Shown: positions 52,262-61,268, numbered from the stretch's first letter. The stretch: 64,000 bases of DNA from a virus (IMGVR_UViG_2842363717_000002:14-64013), one strand, 5' to 3'. A program made the numbers and translations. Notes: generated from the sequence alone by a model not told the origin.

Positions 52262-53171
52262 CGACCCACGAACTACCGTCGTTGAGTACGTAGGTCACGG
52301 TTTCGTCTTCTTCGCTCGCGTCTACCTGAGTGCCGGGGACCAAAGATGGAATAAACAACTGAGCTGGACACCCTTCATCTTGCTCTGCCAGCGATAAAGG
52401 CTTGTTGTGCCTTGAGCAGTCCCATCCCGCATTGCCGTCCATGATAGGGGTGGAAAATAAGCATGTTCTGCAGTGGACTCTTGGCCATGCCTCCCCCCAG
52501 CATACCTCTGCCTGGCGGCAAAAAAGCCCACGAAAGTCATCGCGCTTGCTGCAAAGCCGACCGGGCGGCTCCGGCATGTTGATAATACGTTCGATCCTGG
52601 CGACTGCTCGCATAGCGTATTCCATGTCGAGCTCGACGCGTTCGAAATGCATGTCCTCGTCGTTTTTATTGGACATCATGTAGTAAACGCGATCGATGCC
52701 GAGACCGTACATGTAAAACTGGAATGTGGCGTAGTGCTTAGGCATCCCGATCTTGACGCCGTTCTTTTTCACCGGCTTGAAATACTCGTCTTTCGCTGAC
52801 TTGCACTCGACGACATGGATAGCTTTCGGAGCCTCCAAAATGCCAAGCGCCTGCCCGTCGATCTTGCCGCGGAGATGACCGCCGACGGCTCGCACTCGAT
52901 CCTGCTGGCCCCAGACTTCCACGCCGATCAGGCGCAACAGATCCAGAAGCCGTTCCTCCTCAATGTTGCCTCGTTCGAAGATGCGGCGCTTTTTCCATGT
53001 GATTACCTCTGGAATGGAAGCGCGGCGAAAAGCCAGCCAGATGGCGCGATCGCACTCCACGCCGATATCGCCCGCAGGCACGCCGACGGATTCCCAGTCG
53101 TCGCCTTGGGTTTCCAGCGAGTCCTGGATGGCGCGCTGGGTTGATGATGTTGGCTTGGGGATGGGTGCCAT
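52230..53171 (-). CDS. PD-(D/E)xK exonuclease (phage recombination, Cas4/YqaJ-like)
   Basis: C.RAIW..FR; GKIDG..VECKS; QFYM; C..C/CRTC. Confidence 0.75.
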   Translation of the reverse strand: MAPIPKPTSSTQRAIQDSLETQGDDWESVGVPAGDIGVECDRAIWLAFRRASIPEVITWKKRRIFERGNIEEERLLDLLRLIGVEVWGQQDRVRAVGGHLRGKIDGQALGILEAPKAIHVVECKSAKDEYFKPVKKNGVKIGMPKHYATFQFYMYGLGIDRVYYMMSNKNDEDMHFERVELDMEYAMRAVARIERIINMPEPPGRLCSKRDDFRGLFCRQAEVCWGEAWPRVHCRTCLFSTPIMDGNAGWDCSRHNKPLSLAEQDEGCPAQLFIPSLVPGTQVDASEEDETVTYVLNDGSSWVDGKDEIPSNG

Positions 53172-53462
53172 CTATGCAACGGCCACAGCAAACAACGGCG
53201 ACGTCGAGAGCGCCGACTGGTGGCCGCGAACGTCATCCTTGCGGATGTATGTGGTCCACAATTCCCTCCCATCGCGGGTTATTGGGTGCATCTCCTGGAT
53301 GTCAAACCTGACATCATCGATCTCATCTGCATCGATCTCAAAGTCATCTTTGTTGACCTCAGCCTCTATCTTCGCCTTCGCTGCATCAAGCGATTCGGCT
53401 TCGATTGTGCAACTGCTCCGACCTTGGAACGTGTAATCGACCATGAACTTTGCCATCGTCAA
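53172..53462 (-). CDS. phage hypothetical protein
   Basis: Coupled ORF. Confidence 0.6.
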   Translation of the reverse strand: MTMAKFMVDYTFQGRSSCTIEAESLDAAKAKIEAEVNKDDFEIDADEIDDVRFDIQEMHPITRDGRELWTTYIRKDDVRGHQSALSTSPLFAVAVA

Positions 53463-54517
53463 ATCCTGACCGGCATAAGGACGGCCAACAGCCCCTCAGC
53501 CTTATCAGACGTGAAGACCGCCGGCGAGCCGCTATCAGCCAGCGCCAACCTGATATCGCCAGCCGGGAAGATGCCAACGAGTTCGGTGAGGTACGCCGCA
53601 TTGAATCCGATATCGATCTTGTCTCCGTTATACGAGACGACGATTTCGTCAGATGCGCTGCCGCGCTCTGGGTTGCTGACATCCAACTTCCCTACGCCAT
53701 CCGCTAAGGACAGGCGTACGGCTTTGCCGCGCTCGGAAGACACGGCAGCAACTCGGCCAGCAGCCTGGCGCATGTCATCGCTGCCAAACGTCACGATCTT
53801 GTCGTTGGCGGTCGGAATGACGCGCTGATAGTCCGGGAACGTGCCGTCGATCAGTTTCGATGTGAGGATGAAGTCGCCGGCCGAGATGCGGATCTTGGAT
53901 TCGGAGACCGATACAGACACAACGCCCTTGGGAAGCAGGCCAACCGCCTTGCGGGGCACGATGACGCCGGTAAAGGCTGGAACGGCAGGGCCGGTGTGGC
54001 GAGATAGGCGGTGGCCGTCAGTCGACACGGCGACAACGGCGCCGTCATGAACGTGTAGGAACACGCCATTGAGGTAATAGCGCGTCTCTTCCGTGGACAT
54101 CGCAAACGCAACCGGCGCAAACAGCGAGGCGAGGTCGATCTCGAATGATGCATCATATGCTTTATCGCCGAACGTGGGAAAGTCCGCCGCATCGAGTGTG
54201 GACAGCTTAAACACGCTACGCCCTGATTTTATCTGGAGGCGATCACCCTCAAGGCTGATGGAAATATCGCCACCGGCCTTCTTGGCGATATCGGCGAGCA
54301 ACTTGGCGTCGACACAGACCGTGCCCGGCGTGGTAACGTCGGCCGGCGCAACATCGGTGGCGACGATATCAAGGTCGGTGCCGGTGACGTGCAGGCGGCC
54401 CTCTGCGGCGGAAAGCAGTACGTTGCCAAGGATGGGGATGGTGTTGCGGCTTTCGACGACGCGGCCGACGTTGGTCAGCACGCGCGCGAGGTCGGCCCGC
54501 TGGATGGTGAGTTTCAT
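53459..54517 (-). CDS. dnaN: DNA polymerase III beta sliding clamp homolog
   Basis: RNTIPILGNVL, TGTDL, ETRYYLNGV, STDGHRL, SKLIDGTFPDY, IGFNA.YL, VLMPVRI. Confidence 0.92.
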   Translation of the reverse strand: MKLTIQRADLARVLTNVGRVVESRNTIPILGNVLLSAAEGRLHVTGTDLDIVATDVAPADVTTPGTVCVDAKLLADIAKKAGGDISISLEGDRLQIKSGRSVFKLSTLDAADFPTFGDKAYDASFEIDLASLFAPVAFAMSTEETRYYLNGVFLHVHDGAVVAVSTDGHRLSRHTGPAVPAFTGVIVPRKAVGLLPKGVVSVSVSESKIRISAGDFILTSKLIDGTFPDYQRVIPTANDKIVTFGSDDMRQAAGRVAAVSSERGKAVRLSLADGVGKLDVSNPERGSASDEIVVSYNGDKIDIGFNAAYLTELVGIFPAGDIRLALADSGSPAVFTSDKAEGLLAVLMPVRI

Positions 54518-54575
54518 GGTGGTCTCCTCTTGGTGGTGGTGTGCCGCACGGTTGGTTGCCGTGCGGCGGTGGTGG

Positions 54576-54980
54576 TTAGGCTACAAAGCCTGCCGGCGTG
54601 ATGTACTCGCCGTTGCGCATTTCATGAAAACTCCACGTCTTGCCAGGATGAGCAGCGACCCAGTCTGATACTGCCTGCTCAATGGCATTTCCCAGAGACC
54701 GGTGCGGCTTATCGTATTCTGCCCAGGGATCGTCTGGACCGTCCTCGCCAAAGCATTCTTCGTTGCGTTCGGTGAGATCTTCCATGATGCGCTCGGCGTA
54801 TGCTTCACCGTCAACGTAGGCGGACATCACAGTCTTGTCGGCTTCGACGATGTAGAATGGCGCTCGGTCGTAATCGCCTGTGCCGACATGAATAGCCTCT
54901 TCTCTGCTATCGTATGGCCCGCTGAATATCTCCGCATCTTCGGAGTCCGACACCCACCATTTGAAATTCTTGTCGCTCAT
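54576..54980 (-). CDS. phage hypothetical protein
   Basis: GAGGAG RBS with CCACCAC. Confidence 0.7.
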   Translation of the reverse strand: MSDKNFKWWVSDSEDAEIFSGPYDSREEAIHVGTGDYDRAPFYIVEADKTVMSAYVDGEAYAERIMEDLTERNEECFGEDGPDDPWAEYDKPHRSLGNAIEQAVSDWVAAHPGKTWSFHEMRNGEYITPAGFVA

Positions 54981-55039
54981 TGTCTCTCCTCTAGTGGTGG
55001 AATGGCGGGCCGCTGGTGACGACCCGCCTTGTTATGCTG

Positions 55040-55666
55040 TTACTTCCGAGCGCCCCAAGGTTTCGACCCAGCCGGCTTTGCTGCCGCTGCGGCCGACGAT
55101 GCCTGGCGATTGTCATTTGCCGCGGGTGCGCGGTTGTCGTTGGCAGCAGCTGGCTCGTTGCGCTTCTTGCCCTGCGTGCCGTCGCCGATCACGCCGAGTT
55201 CCGGAACGGGCTCCTTGGCGCCTTCATGGGTGAAGAAGAACCGCTCAATCTGGTTCTTGTCCTTGTAGAAGGTGCCGTCCGGCTTTTTGTTGCCGATCTG
55301 GATGCCGATCTCGGCCGTGAACGACTTGAACAGCAGGTCATCCGTGTCGGTGTCGGCAGTGATTTCCTCGCCGACCGCATAGCCAAATCTGTCGAACATG
55401 GGCTTACCGTACTTGTAGGCACCGTGCTGGAAGCCGTCGGAGTGGACGATCGTCCAATAGGCCCAGAACTTGCGCTTGGCGAATTCGACGGGCTCGATCA
55501 CCTCGAAAGTGATTTCAGCCTGCCAGCCCTTCTTGTCCTGCGTTTCGGTGAGGTTGATCGCCTCGGCCTGGAGCTGCGCATACATGTGCGGCAGGATGCC
55601 ACCGCCGCCGCCCTGCTTCTCGGTGTTCTCGTAATCTGCTGCGTAGTTGTTGCCAATCTTGGCCAT
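55040..55666 (-). CDS. putative single-stranded DNA-binding protein (DUF669-like)
   Basis: Follows Sak4; OB-like core with tail ending KPWG; two ANDN copies. Confidence 0.65.
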   Translation of the reverse strand: MAKIGNNYAADYENTEKQGGGGGILPHMYAQLQAEAINLTETQDKKGWQAEITFEVIEPVEFAKRKFWAYWTIVHSDGFQHGAYKYGKPMFDRFGYAVGEEITADTDTDDLLFKSFTAEIGIQIGNKKPDGTFYKDKNQIERFFFTHEGAKEPVPELGVIGDGTQGKKRNEPAAANDNRAPAANDNRQASSAAAAAKPAGSKPWGARK

Positions 55667-55830
55667 GCTAGTCTCCTTCTGTGGTGGTTAGTTGGTGGCG
55701 GCGTAGTAGCGCCAAGGCGTGGTTGCCTTTGGCGTTACCGATCGTTCGCGGATGACGGTCTGCAGCCAGACCGTGCCGCTGTTGCGTGTTGTGACGGGGA
55801 ACCACGCGAACCAGCGTTCAGAGTGGAACA

Positions 55831-56640
55831 TTAGGCGTCATCATCCTCTACCGAAGCCTCAACCGGCAAGGCGTTGCGCTGGAAATAGAAGTCCAGCACC
55901 TTGAACCCCTCGCCGCGCTTGAACGGCAGGGTGGCTTTCTCGATTCCGTAGCGATTCCCGGCGATGAATCCCGGCCGTTCCTGAACGGCAATCATCATCT
56001 CGCCGCTGCCCTCGCCTCGGTTGTTGGTCTTCTTGAAGCCGGCGTCTTCCTTCTTGATCGATGTGCGCTGATGCAAGAAGCCGATGAGGTCTGCAGCGTC
56101 CACGATGACGCCGACAGCATCGTCGCGAAGGTTCGGCATATAACGCGGGTAGCTGTCTGTCGTGACGCCCGGCACGGTCTTGGACTTCACATGCGAAATG
56201 ATCACGACGTAGAAGCCGGCCTCCTTGAGGTCGAGCATCTTGCCGATGAACTCATGCCAGATGTCGAGCTCTGCAGCATAGCCTTTGCCGTAGCCTGGCT
56301 CTTCGATGTTCTTCCAGTTGTTGTCGGCGCAGACCTTCGCCCTGATCAGCTGCTCAAGGCCGTCGGCAGAGTCCAAGACATAGGTCTTACGGTCGTGCTC
56401 GTTGTCCGGATCGAGCAGCCAGTCAGCCTGATCCATGACGTCGGCGTAGCTTTCCGATACGCCGAATGACTTCATCACAACGCCAGCCGGCGCACGCTCA
56501 CCCTTGCCGGTTCTGACGTACAGCGGGCCAGGAAATTCGCTGGCTAGCGTTGTCTTGCCGGATTTTGCGCCGGCGTAGATGACGACGAAGGCCGGGTCGG
56601 TCTCAATCGTGTCTAGGGGAGCTTCCCAATTCAGTGCCAT
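55831..56640 (-). CDS. AAA_24/Sak4-like ATPase recombinase
   Basis: YAGAKSGKTTLAS, LDSAD, GYGKGY, AGNRYG. Confidence 0.85.
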   Translation of the reverse strand: MALNWEAPLDTIETDPAFVVIYAGAKSGKTTLASEFPGPLYVRTGKGERAPAGVVMKSFGVSESYADVMDQADWLLDPDNEHDRKTYVLDSADGLEQLIRAKVCADNNWKNIEEPGYGKGYAAELDIWHEFIGKMLDLKEAGFYVVIISHVKSKTVPGVTTDSYPRYMPNLRDDAVGVIVDAADLIGFLHQRTSIKKEDAGFKKTNNRGEGSGEMMIAVQERPGFIAGNRYGIEKATLPFKRGEGFKVLDFYFQRNALPVEASVEDDDA

Positions 56641-56736
56641 TCACGTCTCTCCTAAATATAGCAAACTGCGATGATGAGCAGGACGGCCAGGATGACTGGC
56701 CACCAGCTGAACGGATCGGGCGGCCACATGCCGGCG

Positions 56737-57012
56737 TCATTGCCCATGTGTGTCGATCGCCTCGATGAGTTTGTTCGTGCCCCACACGCAAAGGGAGACG
56801 AATGCGATGCCAATAGCGGAAAGCGCGACAACTGGCGCGAAGACGCCAACGCCTACCGCAACGGCCGCTACTACGCCGGCGATAGCGGCCCGACGAAGCG
56901 TTGGCGCCTTGAAGACCGTTGGCTTTCCGGGCTTGCTGACGGGCGCGTCGATCGGCACGTAGTCCAGCGGCGTGCGGGTGAGCGGCGGGTCGTTCCAGGG
57001 TGATCTGGGCAT
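56737..57012 (-). CDS. small 2-TM protein
   Basis: Hydrophobic C-terminal half; coupled. Confidence 0.55.
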   Translation of the reverse strand: MPRSPWNDPPLTRTPLDYVPIDAPVSKPGKPTVFKAPTLRRAAIAGVVAAVAVGVGVFAPVVALSAIGIAFVSLCVWGTNKLIEAIDTHGQ

Positions 57013-57200
57013 CAGAACACACCGAGCCAGACGCCGAAGCCGTGGACGACTCCAACCGGTGCGACGACACAACCGAAGGCGAGCAGCACCCATGCGCTTG
57101 CCTTGATGCAGACAATGACGTGCGTGATCCAAGCCGCCATTGCGGCGAGTAAGGCACCGGCGGCGAGAAAGAATGCCAAAATTCCAGCTGCTATTTTCAT
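57012..57200 (-). CDS. small hydrophobic membrane protein
   Basis: GAGGAGAC RBS; 2 TM segments. Confidence 0.65.
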   Translation of the reverse strand: MKIAAGILAFFLAAGALLAAMAAWITHVIVCIKASAWVLLAFGCVVAPVGVVHGFGVWLGVF

Positions 57201-57264
57201 AAAGTCTCCTCTTGCCGTGCGGTTGGTCGCCGCACGGCTTGCTGTGGTGGTGGCGTTGGTGGTG

Positions 57265-58416
57265 TTAGGCGGCGGCGCCGTACGGATATTCGACGAAGTG
57301 CTCGACGACATCCTTCGACTGCTTGAGCGGCATGCCAGTTACGGCACGCAGTTCCTTGATGGCATCGATTTTCTTGCCCTTGGCGGCAAGTCGCTGCCAT
57401 TCGTGCTTGTAGGTCGGCGCCGCTTCCTGGCTGGTGGTGGTCAGGACATAGACGCCGAACTGCTGGCCCTTATGCTTACCGGCGAGGCGGCTGGCCTCTG
57501 CTTTGGCGGCCGATTCGGTGGCGTGCACAAACGGCCGGCTGGATGGCTTCGGCTGGCCGTCTTCGATGAGGGCGACGATGGCGGTGGGAGTCGGTGCGGC
57601 CGGCGCGGGAACGGCTTCCGAATGGTAGAAATAAAGCAGCCCAACAGGCGATTTCAATTCGAACCCATCGTCATCTGATTTTTCGACGCGATGGACCCCG
57701 CCGACCGGTAATTCATCTTCGTAATCGGTGTGAATGATTTTTACCCAGTCACCAGCCCTGAACTTGGCCGGCGCCGCGTTGTCGTTGCTTGCCGTGGTGG
57801 TTGGCTCGTCGATCCATTCGGCGACGATGTCGTTCGCAAGTTCCGTCGTTGTGTCATCCCGCGTGGACTGACGGCCTGTGTCTGTCCACACCGCAGACGA
57901 CCAATTTCCTTTCTCGCCGAACGTAGTAGTTGACCCAGTCACGAACGCCGGCCCGACCTTGCGGCCGTCGCGCGTCTTGTAGAACTTGCCGGCCTCGAGT
58001 GCGAAGACGGGAAGCGGTTCGAAGCAGTCGATCGTGGCGCGCGTAAGGTTGCGCGGCGAGGCCATCGTTTCGTAATTGACCGGCGGATCGATATTTAGGA
58101 GGTACTCGCCGTTGTCGACCAACTTCCCGGACCAGGAGCTGATTGTGGCCGTCTTGCCGATCGCGCCGGTGGTGGATCTTGCGTCTTTGACGAGCCGTAC
58201 GCGATCGCCGACCTTCGGCTGCCACGGCTGCCACGGCTGCTCGACGAGCTCGAATCGGTAGGCGCTCATGCCACCTTGGCTGCCGTAATCCATATCAACC
58301 GTGATGAACTCGCCATCGTACTGCCTCACGACATACTCATTGCCGGCAGTAACGCATTTGGTGTTGTCGTCGTTAACGCACTTAACCCGATCCCCAACCT
58401 TAAACTTTCCCATCAT
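57265..58416 (-). CDS. modular protein with SH3-like repeats and C-terminal ribosomal L7/L12-CTD-like domain
   Basis: KFKVGDRV x3-like repeats; GKKIDAIKELRAVTGMPLKQSKDVVE. Confidence 0.65.
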   Translation of the reverse strand: MMGKFKVGDRVKCVNDDNTKCVTAGNEYVVRQYDGEFITVDMDYGSQGGMSAYRFELVEQPWQPWQPKVGDRVRLVKDARSTTGAIGKTATISSWSGKLVDNGEYLLNIDPPVNYETMASPRNLTRATIDCFEPLPVFALEAGKFYKTRDGRKVGPAFVTGSTTTFGEKGNWSSAVWTDTGRQSTRDDTTTELANDIVAEWIDEPTTTASNDNAAPAKFRAGDWVKIIHTDYEDELPVGGVHRVEKSDDDGFELKSPVGLLYFYHSEAVPAPAAPTPTAIVALIEDGQPKPSSRPFVHATESAAKAEASRLAGKHKGQQFGVYVLTTTSQEAAPTYKHEWQRLAAKGKKIDAIKELRAVTGMPLKQSKDVVEHFVEYPYGAAA

Positions 58417-58703
58417 GCTGCTCCTCTCGTGGTGGTGGTTTTGCGGAGCTTGCGCTCCTTGGTGAAGTCGATGACGTTGTCGTCTTCGGCGCCCGAAATG
58501 GCTGCGGCGTCCGGCGGGGGGATTTCGTCGTCATCGACCGCCTGCAGTTCCCATTCGTGGAACTGCAGAACATCCAGCGTCGGGCTGACGCGAATAATAA
58601 CGATGCTCCCCATGAACCCGATGACGATACCGAAAACGTTGGTGTTCATCCTGTGCTCGACGACGTCGCCGATCTCAATGCAGTCGCAATCAGGGCAACT
58701 CAT
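58413..58703 (-). CDS. phage hypothetical protein
   Basis: Coupled ORF. Confidence 0.65.
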   Translation of the reverse strand: MSCPDCDCIEIGDVVEHRMNTNVFGIVIGFMGSIVIIRVSPTLDVLQFHEWELQAVDDDEIPPPDAAAISGAEDDNVIDFTKERKLRKTTTTRGAA

Positions 58704-59050
58704 GCCGCCACCTGCAGATCTGCCAGGCCGGCGATCAGAAGCTCGCGCTCGGACGGCGCGACTTCGGCGATGTCGAGCGTTGGAATGCGCTGCACCGATA
58801 CTGGCATGATGCCGCTCGTCGTCGAGCAGCCGCCGTTGGACGGCACCATCCTGGTGACGGCGCGCGGGTTGTTGTCGTTCGCCGCGGCGATCGGAGAGTT
58901 CTGGTAATGTCCGAGGCCGTACTCGCGCCGCAGGCGCTGGTAACAGGTCATCGGCTTGATGTTGTATCTGGCTGCTATGGCGGCAACGGTCTCGCCGTTA
59001 AGTCTGCGCGCATGCATATCGGCCAGCATAGCGCTGGTAATCATGGTCAT
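58700..59050 (-). CDS. HTH protein, first gene of the early leftward operon
   Basis: GETVAAIAARYNIKPMTCYQRL; AANDN. Confidence 0.65.
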   Translation of the reverse strand: MTMITSAMLADMHARRLNGETVAAIAARYNIKPMTCYQRLRREYGLGHYQNSPIAAANDNNPRAVTRMVPSNGGCSTTSGIMPVSVQRIPTLDIAEVAPSERELLIAGLADLQVAA

Positions 59051-59118
59051 GTCGTCTCCTCTGTGGTGGGATTGGCAGGCGGTGAACTTGCCAATTGATG
59101 GTCATAATGTTATCGATT

Positions 59119-59132
59119 TACAAATTTGTCAA
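59119..59132 (-). promoter_or_regulatory. TTGACAAATTTGTA motif (copy 7), main early promoter
   Basis: TTGACA-N17-CATTAT; between the early operon and the divergent repressor. Confidence 0.72.
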
Positions 59133-59147
59133 AGTATGGCGGCTATT

Positions 59148-59783
59148 ATGTCTTCACGCGGCACCCCCTCCAGAACGCGCTTCGCGCAGATGCTTGCGGC
59201 CGAGCAAATCAAGCGCGGCCAGACAGATCGCGAGGTGGCGGAAAACCATGGCTGGCTGCAGCAGACGTTCAGCCGGTGGAAGCTCGGAAGCCTGCCGCGG
59301 CAGCATATGTTCGCGTCGATCGCCAGCTTCCTGGAAACAGATGAGAACGCTGTGCGGGAGATGGTCGAGGAAGCGCAGGAAAGCGCCGCATCGACGAAGC
59401 TGCCAAACGTGGCCGCATTCAACGCTGCCCGGGTCTATGGTCGCGTGACCGACCGCAAGGACGGGAAGTATGTCTTTGACGCGTTCAACAAAGGCCGCAA
59501 GCGCATTCCTGACGGACGCTACGCCATCTTGATCGACACGAAAATCATGGAGCCGGCGCTGCCGGTCGGCACCAGGGCGTGGCTGGATCCGGCAATCTGG
59601 CCGTCGCCAGGCAATGAAGTGCTGGCCCACGCCAAGGGCGGAGCCGCGTGGATCGGCCGGCTCGTTGGTGTGTCCGGCACGTCCGCCGAGATCGAGCGCG
59701 GCGGATCGACGATGACGGTGCGTGATGTTGAAGGCGTGCATGTCATCGTCCTTTCCGAGCGCGTTGCGCGAATTAATGCTTGA
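59148..59783 (+). CDS. XRE/CI-like repressor with S24-like C-terminal domain
   Basis: QTDREVAENHGWLQQTFSRWKLG HTH; MEPAL..G..AWLDP. Confidence 0.75.
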   Translation: MSSRGTPSRTRFAQMLAAEQIKRGQTDREVAENHGWLQQTFSRWKLGSLPRQHMFASIASFLETDENAVREMVEEAQESAASTKLPNVAAFNAARVYGRVTDRKDGKYVFDAFNKGRKRIPDGRYAILIDTKIMEPALPVGTRAWLDPAIWPSPGNEVLAHAKGGAAWIGRLVGVSGTSAEIERGGSTMTVRDVEGVHVIVLSERVARINA

Positions 59784-59809
59784 CAAATTTGTAGAGTGTT
59801 TGGTAGACA
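59780..59809 (+). promoter_or_regulatory. TTGACAAATTTGTA motif (copy 8), promoter of predicted sRNA
   Basis: TTGACA-N18-TAGACA; overlaps the repressor stop codon. Confidence 0.65.
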
Positions 59810-59814
59810 CAATA

Positions 59815-59995
59815 CGCTGCTGTGGTGGCAGTAAGGAAATCCGGGTTCTGACGAGCGTCAGCTAGTCTCCTCCCCGAGATAGTACGAACCTTCATCCCTG
59901 AGCCGCTAAGCGGGTGGTGCCGGCCTTCGGGTCGGCTCAGAGGATGGGGTTAAGCAAAAAAGCGCCAGCCGGCGGTTAGCCAGCGGCGCTTTTCT
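59815..59995 (+). ncRNA. predicted phage sRNA with anti-RBS elements
   Basis: Promoter upstream, two multibranch domains, own terminator, no ORF. Confidence 0.6.
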
Positions 59996-59998
59996 TAT
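59954..59998. terminator. bidirectional intrinsic terminator
   Basis: AAAAGCGCC...GGCGCTTTT. Confidence 0.65.
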
Positions 59999-60163
59999 GT
60001 CGGCTTTTCATTGATGCTTCTCATGGCGTGATCCCCTCGAATTGGTGCTCCTATAAAAAGGAAAAGCCGCCTCGGTGGGCGGCTCATCTTCTTCTGGGCG
60101 GGTCGCGGCCTTTCGCCGCTACTCTTCTTCTGTCGTGGTCTTTCTTAAGTGGCCGCATTGTCG

Positions 60164-60349
60164 TCATTCTCCAAATGGGGGTTGTCGAGAATAATGTTTT
60201 GTCCGTTGGCGCTTTTGCCCTGCCTCCGGTTGTACTTTGCTTTTTAACTCGCCTACAATCTTCTGCCTTCGATCACTGCCAGCATCGAAACCTCCTTTGC
60301 TGACCCTGTCTGCGGCGCCCTGTTTCGTTTGCGTGATTATGAATGCCAT
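60164..60349 (-). CDS. small basic protein divergent from CI
   Basis: ORF with downstream terminator near 60056-60088; no HTH visible. Confidence 0.4.
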   Translation of the reverse strand: MAFIITQTKQGAADRVSKGGFDAGSDRRQKIVGELKSKVQPEAGQKRQRTKHYSRQPPFGE

Positions 60350-60430
60350 GACTCAATTGATTGTGCAAGTGCTTTCTATTGCATAAATCGGTCAATTGTG
60401 CTAAGCGGTTGATAATTCGGAGATTTTTTT

Positions 60431-61174
60431 ATGACGAAATTAACTGAGAAACTTCATAAGCAATCCAAGGCCGTGGGCGTTACCCAGGCGACGATCGCTC
60501 GCGAGCTGAATATCACACAACAGGCGGTCAACAACCTATTCAACGGGCGCGCGGCGTCCTCGATGTATTGGCGCGAGATCGCCGGCATGCTGCAGATCCC
60601 CGAAGACGAGATGCGCGAGCTGATGATAGACGCCGGCCGCGACCCAGAGAAGAACACCAAGCTGCCGACCGCGCCGCCGCATCGAACCGTTGATGCGGCG
60701 GCCGCCTTTCCTGAGGATGAACCAGTGTTAGCTAATGCCAAAGTCATTGATTTAGTTCCGGTAACGAGGCCCGGCAAGATGATTCCAGTGCTCGGTGAGG
60801 TCGTCGGCGGCGACGATGGCGAATACATCTTCAACGGCCAGGTCCAGGATTATGTCGCCTGCCCGCCATCACTGGTGAACGTTCCGAACGCCTATAGTGT
60901 CTATGTCGATGGCGAGTCGATGGCGCCACGGTATCGGCCTGGCGAAGTAGTATATGTGCACCCCGGCCGCCCTCCTCGGCGCGGTGATGATGTCATCGTG
61001 CAAATCCACGGCAAGGACGACAGCCAGCCGCCGCGCGGCTTCATCAAGGAATTCGTGGGCTGGGCCGGTGAGAAGCTTGTGTTGCAACAATACAATCCTC
61101 AGAAGCGAATCGAATTCAGCCGACAAGCAGTTGTGAGCATTCACCCGATCGTTTTGTCCGGAAAATACATTTGA
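60431..61174 (+). CDS. cI: CI-like repressor (HTH plus S24 autopeptidase)
   Basis: VTQATIARELNITQQAVNNLFNG; VGG cleavage-type site; GESMAPRY; FIKEF. Confidence 0.9.
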   Translation: MTKLTEKLHKQSKAVGVTQATIARELNITQQAVNNLFNGRAASSMYWREIAGMLQIPEDEMRELMIDAGRDPEKNTKLPTAPPHRTVDAAAAFPEDEPVLANAKVIDLVPVTRPGKMIPVLGEVVGGDDGEYIFNGQVQDYVACPPSLVNVPNAYSVYVDGESMAPRYRPGEVVYVHPGRPPRRGDDVIVQIHGKDDSQPPRGFIKEFVGWAGEKLVLQQYNPQKRIEFSRQAVVSIHPIVLSGKYI

Positions 61175-61268
61175 GCCACAACCATAGTTGACTTGCTTAT
61201 AATAATCGCTTATACAACTCCTCACCGCCGCATTTTACCGGGCGGGCACCACGTTGAGGAGACTTGCG

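Noticed and set aside
52230-53171. Cas4/CRISPR locus
   Set aside because: No repeat-spacer array or other cas genes; context (Sak4, SSB) is phage recombination.
59836-59890. Hammerhead ribozyme (CTGACGA core, upstream GAAA)
   Set aside because: After the putative stem II the sequence is CGAAC, not CGAAA, and only 8 nt separate the upstream GAAA from CUGA, too few for stems III and I.
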